From Saccostrea echinata (taxonomy: Eukaryota): a stretch of DNA of 64,000 bases. Location: positions 682,001-746,000 of the forward strand of contig NW_026889803.1 in the NCBI RefSeq assembly GCF_033153115.1, read 5' to 3'. The number at the start of each line of letters is the position of its first letter. The first letter of the stretch is position 1. Below are positions 12,859-36,741 of the stretch, piece by piece. Both the position numbers and the translations under genes were made by a program. The notes below the pieces were generated by a model. The model searched no databases. It was given only the letters and a program-made list of their open reading frames with translations, and was not told the DNA's origin.

Positions 12859-13174
12859 TGACACAACTGCATGTCACAAAACATCATTTCTGATTTTAGA
12901 AACAATTGTCATTGAATAATAAGAATCTTTCATTTTAAGTTCAATCAAACTGGATATCAAAATTGTAAACAAAATGATGGCAATGCAAGTGTATCTATTC
13001 CCCTTTCCAGGATTTAAAACATCCGCTCCTCAGCCAGGAACAATAATTATTTTAAAAATCATTATTTAATTCAATAAATCTCCAAATTAAGCTTGAAATT
13101 GAAATATTTTTCGTGCAACATTTTTCATTCTATTCATCCTATGATTCAAGGTTTTTTGAAATGTTAGAAGTAAT

Positions 13175-13640
13175 AAATGTGAAGATACGGAACATTGGTC
13201 AATCTCATCAACTCAGTAAACAAAACGAATCGTGAACAGGACAAGAACACGGAGCCCTGGAAACACCAGAGGAAGAGTAAGCACCCCCTGTTGACAGGTC
13301 ACACCCACCGTGAGCCCTTTATATTGCTCAAGTAGACGGAGTACTCCGAAGTCAAATTTTGTAGAAAAACAAAGGCCTAGCACTGGGTAAGAAACATGTC
13401 AGACAAAATACGATCCAGCGATAGGGTGTATTGACATTTTTATGGTTATTAAAGCGACCATTGAATTTTCTAAAAGCTGACTTGAAACAGGACGGTTGAA
13501 ATCCTTGTAACATCAACGTATTTGTCTGTAGCTAGCTAGGCTCGGTTTAAAAATTCATAGTATTCAGAGCATTCTCCTGCATGCGTATCGAATCACTTGG
13601 AAGACTTAAACACCATATGAAGGTGATGTTGGAACACTTT
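13175..13640 (-). mobile_element. Decayed Penelope-like retroelement fragment
   Basis: The minus strand of 13560-13640 reads as a frameshifted SNIP..YGV...QxIRYA RT motif typical of Penelope elements, followed by sequence resembling a bivalve Penelope 3' region. Confidence 0.6.
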
Positions 13641-15885
13641 TCCAAAAAGTAGACATTTGCACCCCAATAAACAAACCAAAAATTACATTCTTTAAAGAAA
13701 TCTAACTTCCTTTAATTTTGTCTAAGATACCAATGTTTATTAGCATGAATTGAAACTGGAAGTGACATGTGATATCTTGCAATGATATCACCTACTTTTT
13801 ACATTATGTTTGTTTAACAATTGATGTGAATAGAAGAATATACTTTTCCCCGAATGCCTAGATACCTACAATTATATATACTTTATTTTTATCCTAAAAT
13901 ATACTTATGGATAAATGTTCAATTAGAAAATGCATGACGGGTGCTTTTATTCATGTTTCATGATAATATATTAAATACACTGTATTTGTTAATTTCCCCA
14001 TGCAATATGATAAACTATAGCCTAACTATGAACTTCAAAGAAATAATATGGGCATACTGAGTATATACTCACATTACTTTGACAATTCAATGTCGTTGCA
14101 TTTTCAGTTACTAACTACTGATTTCAGGGATTACTTTATGCCAGTGTGGACTGAAATTCTTTCTTTACACTCATGGATATCGTTGAGAGACCTTTCTACA
14201 AGGCGATTTAAATTCTCTAATCGATCTCTTAACGATCTTTGAAAGCCCCAAAACGTTCATTCTATGTAAACGGCGAACGCGACCGTTCATCTTCCCAAGG
14301 AAAAATGTTCAACGAAGTTTTCTTGAATAGACGTCACTGTTGATTAATTATAAATGGGGAAACGTGCATTTATTGCTAGTTGGTTGTAGTTTTACGTCCC
14401 TTGCAAGGTTATGCATACAAAATTTACTTTATCTTGGTCTAATTGGAGTCCAATACAGTATATCTATACTTGAAATTAATACTTGAATCAAATACAAATT
14501 GTGTCATATACTACATTTCAGTTTTACTCTGATTCTTGTCTAAGGGCAGAGCGCATTTGCGAAATCTTCGAGTAAAGTGGCAAGAAGTTTCACGTTACAA
14601 GGTCTATGCGTTTTTTGCCGGGTTCTGTATCTTTTCGCATTTCTTTGCGTTTATTTATAAAGCTAAATGTTCGCTTTATAAGACGTAATAAGGCAAAGTT
14701 TTCACGAATTAACGCGAAAATTGCATCTTTTAGCATAAAATTTGCACTTTTCTCGCCAAAAATAGTTGCTCAAAGACTTTCGTATTTATTTCGTCAGGAA
14801 TATTTGTTACCAACGTTGAGTGGAAAATGGTCAACCATTTTTTTATTTATCTATTTATTGAATTCTTTTTAATAGTATTTTTCATTTTACTCCTTTGTCA
14901 GTGATCTTGATTTTGCTCAAATGACCTTTGGTCGAGGTCATGACAAATGACCTTTGGTCAAGGTCATGACATACCCTCAGGTCATAAGCAATATTTGACA
15001 TAAGTATGAGCCTCCAATTTTTCTGCATTATATATATATGGACAATTCTGGAATAATACTTTTTTTAAAATGACCGTACACTTGATTAAATGGCATGGAT
15101 CACTCCAGGACATGAACTATCTTTCAGGTTTAAACTTCCAGTGTTTCTCCATTAAAAAGTTATAGACCAGTCACACTTTTTTCTGCCAGTGACCTTGAAC
15201 TTGAGAAATGTTCTAGAGGGGGTTGGGGGGGGGGGTGCCCATGCCTTGCATGCATTCATTCTTTTATTTAAATCAGACAAAAACTATAGGAGGAATAGTG
15301 TTTTGAAAGAATTTTACAGACATTCCCAATAACAAATACCATGAAAATCACAAAAACATGCATCTTCTTGTAGTCCACTGTTATGCCAAGTCTTATTGAA
15401 ATCGAACCAAAATATAGGGGGATTTGCATTTTGAAGGAAAATATTCACAATAATTTCTGTATTTGTAACCATGCAATCAATACTATTCTTGAAATTAAAG
15501 AGATTTCTCATTCCCAATATATTCTACACCCATCCACTGGCTGTTAAAAACTATGCAAGATAGTTATTTTACCTCCTAAAATATATATAGGAAACATTTT
15601 AACAAAAGTATGATAAATCTATCACCACTTTTATTGTAAACTAAATAATATACCTCATATTATCTTGAATAACAATTAAACTAATATTGATAGGTATAAC
15701 TCAAATAAAACAATTCAATATAATACAAGTACATGTACACACAAAATTAACCCACGAATATTATTTCTATCTAAACATATAACAAGGTAATCAGCCATTT
15801 CTAAAGTCTGTACTTCATGACCTCTTGCACAAAAACTCTAATATCGGTTAATGTCTATATACAAGTCACTGTATCCAAATACAGG

Positions 15886-27516
<11,631 letters not shown>

Positions 27517-28825
27517 TTCTGGTATTACACCTCAAAAACTGAAATCAGAAATTAACCATAGACCTCTAAATCTTACGTCGAATTAATTAACAGGCCCAAG
27601 AGACATCATGGTGCAATGGCCTCACTGAAAACATACACACATACGTCTGGTCGGTTACGTCTCATCAGACATATTATATAATGATAAATAATAAAAAATA
27701 AACATGTTATGTTGTGTTTCTGGTCTCATGCACGACCGTTGTGGGTTTTATGGACACATTTAATCATTTTATATAGCCTTAGGTACCTAGCTAGCGCCGC
27801 AATCATAGCAATGTCCGATCGGAAAAATCTGACCATCCACGTGAACCTCGGCATATCATTCCCAGTGATTCAATCATTCATGTTATTAAAAAAAATCTAA
27901 AATAGACAGGTCATGAAGAAGAAAAATTTTAGTTTACATATACTGCTGAATGTATATCCCTAAATCGGAGTCGTCATTTTCCATGGCCAGGCCCAGGGCA
28001 AACCAGAAACATACAAGATAGGCGTCTCTGGGCAGACGAATCGTGAAAGGAAAATAAGATCTAACAAAATGGCGTGCGGGAAGGTCAGTGCATGTGGTCA
28101 GGGTGTTATTCCTAGGTCAATTCTATCATTCTTTATAGCCCTAGGCTAAAGCGGGAACAAATGAGGAAAAACACGTATTGTACAGCTGTTGTGTGCGTAC
28201 GGATTTTCTGAAAGACTTAAGTCGATAAAATCTTAATGATTTTAAACTTACTTTTTAGGGATTTACTTCGTGGTAGACTACCTGACATCAATCTATCTTC
28301 CCGCCGGAACAGTCTGCTGTTTTTACTATCATTCCAACAACAGCGTATCGCTTTGCTTGAACAGTTGAAAGTGCGTGGTATAAAATTATCATTCCATTAA
28401 CAGCGTGTCAGTTTAAATTTCACAGTGATTAATTACCTTCACAGGTACTTAAAAATATAATATTACCTGTGATTACTTTGGTATGGATGTTTAATTTCAA
28501 TGAAATAAATACTATGTACACAGAACCCAGCAATACATTGGATATTATTTTTTATCACAGGTGCTTGAGGACAGGAATCCCCCCCCCCCCGATTTAGACC
28601 CCCGGGCTTTTTCGACTTTTTTCTCATAAATTATCTTTCAATGACATATTTGTGATCTATACTTCTTCTATTTACAACAAAACTTCAGAGCGCTGAAGAT
28701 TACTTGCTGGTGCGCATGCGTGACCTAAGCAAACGAAATCGGGGGGGGGGGGGGGGGGACTCCCTAGGTTCACGCATGCGCATTCTCCATACACAGGCAC
28801 TTGTTTCTGTAATAATTTTTTTTAT

Positions 28826-29735
28826 TATTTAAGGAATGTTTTTAAAGTTTTGTGTGAGTTATTTAAGAAATGAATTTAATTTTTGAAGATTCATGAGGAC
28901 ATGAACTACGACGTACGCTTCACGCCGGCATATTTCATGAAGCGCGTACGTTAGCGCTTCATGATAAATATGCCGACGTGAAGCGTTGTACATAGTTCAT
29001 GTACCTCATGAATTTTCAAAAATTAAATTCTTTTGACGTCAAGTAAAGTATTATGACGTAACAATGGAGATATTAATGCTCATCTATGGTAGTTCATGAG
29101 AAAATAAATAATCTTCTAATTTGCAAACAATCTTAAGGAATAATATTTGGAAACGTAAATATTTAAGGAATGTTTTTAAGTTTTGTGTGAGTTATTGGTG
29201 TGTAAATCACACAGACTTGTCATGTAGGCATATTTGATGAAGCGCGCTAGCATTTTACAAGTTTAAAAGCACGGATAATATCTTCAATATCTGAATTTCT
29301 TGCTGCCCTATATCGCATTTTTATACACAAAAATGACTTTCAAATCAATATCAAAGTTCGCTTAGAAGAAAAACACAGCAAATGTAAATATTATACTATT
29401 GGTCAAAAAGTCATTTTTGTGTATACTCACGCGTAGAAATATACACGGTGAAACTCGCGCTAAAGTGACGTCACAATGAGGCTACAGAGACGTAAATAAA
29501 AATTTAACGATGGAGGGCATCAAGAAATTCAAATATTGAGTATATTATCGGTGCTTTTAAACTTGTAAAATGTAAATATAAGGAATGTTTTTAAGTTTAG
29601 TGTGAATTATTGGTGTGTAAATCACACAGACTTGCACGTAGGCATATTTTTCATGAAGCGCTAGCGCGCTTCATGAAATATGCCTACGTGACAAGTCTGT
29701 GTGATTTACACAGCAATAACTCACACAAAACTTAA
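28826..29735. mobile_element. Compound palindromic (foldback) element(s), interrupted at a TTAA and resuming at 31157-31172
   Basis: Hairpins at ~28865-29033 and 29578-29735(+31157-31172), both centred on CATGAAGCGC...GCGCTTCATG; the arm TAAGGAATGTTTTTAAGTTT(T/A)GTGTGA occurs three times. Confidence 0.7.
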
Positions 29736-30662
29736 GGTATGTCACTCGTGAAATTTGTTATATCAAGGATTTTTTGAGAAGTATATTTTGGATAAGTACT
29801 CATATAGTATGACTCAAAATCGCAGAGAAAATGGGGGGTCAGTGTGCATCTAACTGAGCTACGGTACAATTAAGTTGACCTTTTTGCACTTAAATTGTAA
29901 CTCTTTGGTTAATCACTTTAACCGTTATCATATTTTATAAGATGTAACCATGGCAATAAACATAATTTTATTTTACGTAAAATAGTTTGAATAATATTTA
30001 TCATTGAACAAATCATGCAAATTAATGCGCGTAAATTATTGTGTGACCTTTTTGCACTAAAAAAGTCTCATATTTGGGGTATTAAAAATCTAAATAGGCA
30101 AAAGAATATTTTCTTGTATCAAACTTTTTACGACTTAAGTGTTGATCGGTCAAAAGTATCGAGTAGTTTAAAATAATGAAAGAAAAAGTTGGGGTCAGTG
30201 ATGTAAATTTTGAAATATTGGTCAAAATATGCGATTTTCAGGCAAAAAACTGTGTAAATTTTATCTCGACTTCCTTAATATATCTTCATTCCTTGGCAAT
30301 GTTTGTTGAGCGAAGGTGTAAATTTTGTTATAAAAATATAAACTGAGACCTATATTTAATATTCCAGGCATATCATAACGGAAAATATTTTCTGAGTAAA
30401 AGTATGTGAGGCTAAAGTTCCAAAATATTAAATTCAATAAATGTGAAAATTTGCAGAATTTTCTGCTAAATATCCTTCCGCCACAAGAAATAGTCCCTTA
30501 TAAATCTTGCTTCTTTGTGAATTTTTGAGCAGTTTTTTAATTGAATGTTGAACATTTTACATTGTTTAAATTAAATTTGTTATAAAGATTGAATTGTAAT
30601 AAATAGTTTTTAAGTAAGAGGTTCTGATTGAAATTTTCTAAAAGGCTGACGAGTGACATACC
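29736..30662 (+). mobile_element. Kolobok-like non-autonomous element, copy 1 (927 bp)
   Basis: TTAA|GGTATGTCACTCGT ... ACGAGTGACATACC|TTAA. A TTAA TSD with RR...YY termini fits Kolobok rather than piggyBac. Confidence 0.85.
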
Positions 30663-30666
30663 TTAA

Positions 30667-31152
30667 GGTCAAGATCTAGTAAATGAGTTTAGACTGTCTT
30701 TTTGGTGCTAGATCCATTATGACGTCATAATTGATTTTAAACTTAATTTTTCCCGTACTTTATGGCTATTATAGAATTATGTAGAAAATGAAACATTTTC
30801 ATGTAATTCAATTTGAAATCATGTCAAAATTAACCCCGAAGCCTATATTCAAATTAATATCATTTTAAAGAAGAGGTCAAGAAGATATGAAAAACTGTTT
30901 TCTGAGAGACTGAAGGCAATATTGATACATTTTCTTTTTCTGAGAAGGAAAAAACTCCCATATTTATACCTAACTTCCTTCATTTTTCATTGAAAATAAC
31001 AGTTTAAAGTATCTTTTTTCGTTGAGTTTACCTAAAAATCATGCCCCGATACACCTAATTTCGCCAAGCTATATTTGTAAAGGATCATTGAAAGAACTTG
31101 TTTCTCAAATTTCAGAAATCTGAAGGCACCTTTCTTTTAATAGATCTTGACC
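30667..31152. mobile_element. Second Kolobok-like element (486 bp), sharing a TTAA with the previous one
   Basis: TTAA|GGTCAAGATCTA ... TAGATCTTGACC|TTAA. Confidence 0.85.
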
Positions 31153-31624
31153 TTAAAAACATTCCTTAAATAGAGAGAGAGAGAGAGAGTAGGGTAGTAA
31201 TCTTTAATTATCAAATGTTTGTTTAATTAAGCCAATTTCCCCAATTGATGATATAGATTATATCACAAATGTGTCACCCATATATAATTTATGAGAAAAA
31301 AAAGTCGAACAGTCCCGGGGGTCTATATCGGGGGGGGGGGGGGTCCTGTTCTCAAGCACTTGTGTTTTTTGTTACATAAAAGTCCTTTTAAGAACAATTT
31401 TAACATATTTGTACATCATATATATTAGTCCAGGTATCGTATAAGAAATACAAATTACCCAACAGTGAAAACTAAGTACATATATTTTTTTCTTATTTTG
31501 TGTTTCATCTCTTGTATCCCTTAACTAGAAATGGTGGATCCACCTCCGTTTTTTTGTGTCTTAGTTCCCTCGGAAGCTTAATTCTGGGTATCACTGTGAC
31601 TCAAAAATATGAGATGTATCTTAA

Positions 31625-32551
31625 GGTATGTCACTCGTCAGCCTTTTAGAAAATTTCAATCAGAACCTCTTACTTAAAAACTATTTATTACAATTCAATC
31701 TTTATAACAAATTTAATTTAAACAATGTAAAATGTTCAACATTCAATTAAAAAACTGCTCAAAAATTCACAAAGAAGCAAGATTTATAAGGGACTATTTC
31801 TTGTGGCGGAAGGATATTTAGCAGAAAATTCTGCAAATTTTCACATTTATTGAATTTAATATTTTGGAACTTTAGCCTCACATACTTTTACTCAGAAAAT
31901 ATTTTCCGTTATGATATGCCTGGAATATTAAATATAGGTCTCAGTTTATATTTTTATAACAAAATTTACACCTTCGCTCAACAAACATTGCCAAGGAATG
32001 AAGATATATTAAGGAAGTCGAGATAAAATTTACACAGTTTTTTGCCTGAAAATCGCATATTTTGACCAATATTTCAAAATTTACATCACTGACCCCAACT
32101 TTTTCTTTCATTATTTTAAACTACTCGATACTTTTGACCGATCAACACTTAAGTCGTAAAAAGTTTGATACAAGAAAATATTCTTTTGCCTATTTAGATT
32201 TTTAATACCCCAAATATGAGACTTTTTTAGTGCAAAAAGGTCACACAATAATTTACGCGCATTAATTTGCATGATTTGTTCAATGATAAATATTATTCAA
32301 ACTATTTTACGTAAAATAAAATTATGTTTATTGCCATGGTTACATCTTATAAAATATGATAACGGTTAAAGTGATTAACCAAAGAGTTACAATTTAAGTG
32401 CAAAAAGGTCAACTTAATTGTACCGTAGCTCAGTTAGATGCACACTGACCCCCCATTTTCTCTGCGATTTTGAGTCATACTATATGAGTACTTATCCAAA
32501 ATATACTTCTCAAAAAATCCTTGATATAACAAATTTCACGAGTGACATACC
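31625..32551 (-). mobile_element. Kolobok-like non-autonomous element, copy 2 (927 bp, inverted relative to copy 1)
   Basis: Same length as 29736-30662 and its reverse complement wherever compared; own TTAA flanks at 31621-31624 and 32552-32555. Confidence 0.88.
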
Positions 32552-32571
32552 TTAAATTCTGGGCTAAAATA

Positions 32572-34005
32572 TTCCCCGAACGTCTACTCGCTAAAACAAC
32601 TTTTTAGTTATCACACTCAATCAAGAGGCCCTCTAAAGGGTCCAGGTAGAGTTTACCTGCGTTACCTTGATTTAGCAAAGTAGTCTAAATGAATTAATAA
32701 GAATATTTACTGATAAAATTGTGTACTAAAGAAGAGTTTATTTATTAAATACTTGCTATAATTGAAGGAAATGGACAAATATTTTTTCATATAATTATAA
32801 TATATATTTTAAAAAAATTAATATTAGTAAAAGAAACATTACATCACAAAAGATAGCATGCTTATGAATTATTTTCAAATATTACTTTTTTAACCTAACA
32901 CTTGGCACTTGACGCATTACTTACATCACATTTTAAGCTTTGTTTAATCTATATTAAACATGGAGAAAATTTTTCGCATTTGCAGGCCCGTAGAACGAAA
33001 ACATTTTTCTGAGTATTGACTTTTCCTGAAGAAGAATCTTTTCCTCTAGATTTAATATGTAAATTTTGATTTAGATGCCCCCCCCCCCCCCGCCCCCAAT
33101 ACTTTTTGTTGCTGTAAGGTCGAGCGCTGGCGAATTCCAGCACTTAAAAAAAATATATAAAAATATAAAACAGTTGGAGAAAGTCCATCCCTGCCCACAC
33201 ACAAACACACAAAATAGGATTTTCAGGGGTTATTTTTTTTATTCTTTTAATTTTACTTGTCAGATTTCTTGGGAGGTTGCCCCTTCCCCCATTGTTTAAA
33301 CCACAGCGACCTGTTTGTTTGAAAGCAATCTATATGTTAGCACCGTTTTATTTACATCAAAGTTCAGACATGTAACTTATCGTTTTTGTAAAAGGGGAAG
33401 GAGCAGAATAAATTTTGATAACTTACTTTTAAAAATATTGCTTAAAATCCAAATTCAATGGGGGGTGGGGGAGTGGGGGGGGGGGGGTTAAAATTCAAAA
33501 TAAAGTTTTTTTTCTTCAAGTAATCGTATTTACGCTTTTCAAAATAAATTATTTTAAGATCTCTTCTGAAAAGATTGTTTTAATTGCAAATAAGATCCTT
33601 TAGTGTTCAAAGTAAATGCACAATATAAATATCTAATAAAACGTCAAGAAAAGTCAGATAATCTTTTTATTCTTATTTTTGATAAAAAAATCATTTATGA
33701 AAATAAAACACATTATTTTATTTTTTTTTTTTAAAACAATGGATAAAATCTTCAAGATTTTTACATTTCTTCTGAAAAAAAATGTAAAATAATAAATATC
33801 TTTTATCAATTTTTGCATGCTGAATCCATGTTTCAAATGAGATGCCCTAAAGATCAAAAAAATAAAATATTGCTGGTGAATTCTCCTCCAATAAATGCAG
33901 GTGTAGTTAGTTCATAAAGGTAAACTCTACCTGTACCCCTTAGAGGGCCCCTTAATTGAGTGTGATAATTAGATGTTTGTTTTGTCCAGTAGACGTTCGG
34001 GGAAC
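32572..34005. mobile_element. Non-autonomous DNA element with ~85-bp imperfect TIRs
   Basis: TTCCCCGAACGTCTACT...TTATCACACTCAAT...GGCCCTCTAAAGGGTCCAGGTAGAGTTTACCT mirrored by AGGTAAACTCTACCTGTACCCCTTAGAGGGCC...ATTGAGTGTGATAA...AGTAGACGTTCGGGGAA. Confidence 0.75.
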
Positions 34006-34431
34006 ACACCTAAAATATTGCCTCAGGAATCCCGGCTAGAGACTCGAGAATCGTACTAAAAATAGTACGCCAAAGTCCAGAATGAGATTACAGGTGCCGG
34101 TTTAAATGAATATATAAATAAAATTAACAAAACTAAATTCTTTCATCAGATCCGAGTATCATGCAGTAATCAAAGCAATAACTTTTATCAATCCCCCCTT
34201 TTTTTGACAGCAAAACAGCTTTCGACTCCTTCTGCGGTATATACATATTAAATAAAAGTACCCAGACAGCCAGTGATTGGGTGCGTATCATTACCGCTAC
34301 ATTTTCAAAATTTTCATTACCGCTACATGCACATAACCGCAACAAAAAAGGATACATTACCGCTACATTTAAAAGTATACATTACCGCTACATTGCCTCT
34401 TTAGTTAGCCAGCGTCTTATGCGTGTACAGT

Positions 34432-34437
<6 letters not shown>

Positions 34438-34517
<80 letters not shown>
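34438..34517. repeat. (TA)n microsatellite, about 40 units
   Basis: Visible directly. Confidence 0.98.
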
Positions 34518-34520
<3 letters not shown>

Positions 34521-34582
34521 GCATAAGACCTGTTTCCGCTGCTCACCACGGGGAGGTGAAAGTAGGACTTTGAGCTGGATGG

Positions 34583-35608
34583 TTTTTATGCCCCGCCATG
34601 AATATCGCCGGGGCATATAGTGTTTGTCATGTCCGTCTTCCGTCCTTCTGTCTGTCCTTCCGTCACACTTTGCGTTTAGCTCTGTTCAAAGCTCAGTTTC
34701 AAAGAAACTATCCAAGATATTTTTATCAAACTTCATATGCTGATAGATATTGATGAGAGCTATGCAACTGCATCAACATTTTTTGACCTTGACCTTTCAT
34801 TTGACCTTGACCCCACTTTTCTTAAACTAGTGTTTAGCTCAGTTTAAAAGATACCATTCAAGATAGTGTAATCAAACTTCATATGTTGATACATACTGAT
34901 GTAAGCTATTCAACTGCATCAACATTTTGACCTTGACCTTTCCTTTGACCTTGACCCCACTTTTCTTAAATTAGTGTCAAACTTCATATGCTGATACATA
35001 CTGGTGTAAGCTATTCAACTGCATCAATATTTTCGGACCTTGACCTTTCCTTTGACCTTGACCTCACTTTTCTCAATTTGTGTTAAACTCAGTTTTAAAA
35101 TAACCATTCATAATATTTTTATCAAACTTCATATGCTAATACATACTGATGTAATCTTTTCAACTGCTTCAGCATTTTTTGACCTTGACCTTTCCTTTGA
35201 CCTTAACTTCATTTATTTTAAATTAGTGTTTAGCTCAGTTTTAATAAACCATTCAAAATATTTTTATCAAACTTAATATGCTGATACGTATTTGTGAGAA
35301 CTATTCAACTGCATCAAAAACGGTTGACCTTGAACTTTCCTGTGACCTTGACCTCACTTTTCGTAAATTTGCATTTTGCTTAATTTTAAAGAAACCATTT
35401 AAGATATATTTATGTAAGCTTATACACTAATACATAATTTGGTAAAAATTTATCATCTATGTACGACTTTTTAGATTTCAATTTCAATTTTAAAGAAACT
35501 ATTCAAGATATTCTCATCAAATTTCATACACTAATACAAATTTTCATTTTGCATTTCTAATATAACCTCGGCGGGGCATTCATGTCCTATGGACATATTT
35601 CTAGTTTT
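34583..35608 (+). mobile_element. Helentron-associated interspersed element (HINE/DINE-1-like) with ~125-bp central tandem repeats
   Basis: 5' TTTTTATGCCCCGCC, (GTCC/TTCC)n tract, TTTGACCTTGACCTT-containing repeats, 3' GGCGGGGCAT inverted subTIR plus ATGTCC-TAT-GGACAT hairpin and CTAGTTTTT end. Confidence 0.85.
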
Positions 35609-36741
35609 TAAAGGATTTTTTATTTGTCACAAACTTCTCAATAGTAGCCATGACATTCATCTGACGCTAAATCGACTACAGACTTATATATACTCATTTT
35701 GATTAGAATTCAGATCCAAACTGTACTTCACTACATGGTGAGTGAATTATATTGAATGGAACTCATATCCCGTGCCATTGCTGGCCGATTCCGTATGTAG
35801 AGGTTGTTGTCGGCATTAGCCCATTTGATAAAAAAATGTAGCGGTAATGATCGCCCGAAAATTTGAGAAAATGTAGCGGTAATGAGTTGAAATTTTTCGC
35901 AATGTAGCTGTAATGTTGACCTCCCCAATGATTAAGTAAAAAATATTTTTGGGAAATACACTTTCGAAGACATTTTACCTGCCTTGTGACATCGCAGTAA
36001 AATCTATTTCTTTATCAAACTTACTAGATTTACAACTTTTGAACAGATGAAACTTTGCTCTTAAATGTATAACAGACAACTTCTGAATAAAATGAGATGC
36101 AGTTCACATGTCTGTAAAATGGGGGGGGGGGGGTGCACCCCCTTTTCGTGTGTGTGTGTGAATAAGATTTTGCTGCATTGATATAAAATATAATATTTGA
36201 TTTATGTATAATTCATAATATGAAAATTTTCAATTAAGGAATACTTGCCCCCCCCCCCCCCCGATTTTTGTTGGAGCATAGTTGAACACTTGAAAATCTT
36301 TCACTGGAAAAAATAAACGTAATACATAGTAACAGAAATTTCTATTTTTAGTAACCATGGCAACACCGTTTATCAAAATCAAAACCCAATGTACTAAATT
36401 ATGTATCGTAGTATAGTCTTATTGTGTGCAAAGTAATCACTGCTGGTAATGTGCGAATCGAGAAAATCTTGGTTTCGGACACCCGCTACTATTGGTTTAC
36501 ATCAATGAGGCTGTATATGTCAACTAAACGTTCAGAAATGATAGTGCATTTAATTGAGTCGTAATTATTAATGTTCAGCATGATTTTATGCAGTAGAATT
36601 GCTTGTTGGTTGAACACATGTAAGGAGCAATCCAGTAACTGCTTTAGATTACATGTACATCCGTTTAATGTATTTTACAGGATCTATTCATATTTCCAGT
36701 TTACATGATAAACACGATTTACACTACATTATTTGTTTTAA

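Larger units (their letters stand above)
28556..31364. mobile_element. Outer non-autonomous DNA element with ~75-bp TIRs (CAC...GTG ends) hosting nested insertions
   Basis: CACAGGTGCTTGAGGACAGGAATC(C)nGATTTAGACCCCCGGG... at 28556 and ...CCCGGGGGTCTATATC(G)nTCCTGTTCTCAAGCACTTGTG at 31364. Confidence 0.8.
34276..35930. mobile_element. DNA element with inverted subterminal CATTACCGCTACAT repeats, containing a (TA)n tract and a HINE
   Basis: Four CATTACCGCTACAT copies at 34289-34393 and three inverted ATGTAGC(G/T)GTAATG copies at 35836-35915. Confidence 0.7.

Noticed and set aside
10790-14780. TTTCGC/GCGAAA-rich patches at ~10790-10935 and ~14560-14770
   Set aside because: They look like old DNA-transposon remnants, but no ends or TSDs could be defined.
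34281-34620. ORFs with YIYIYI runs
   Set aside because: Translation of the (TA)n microsatellite.
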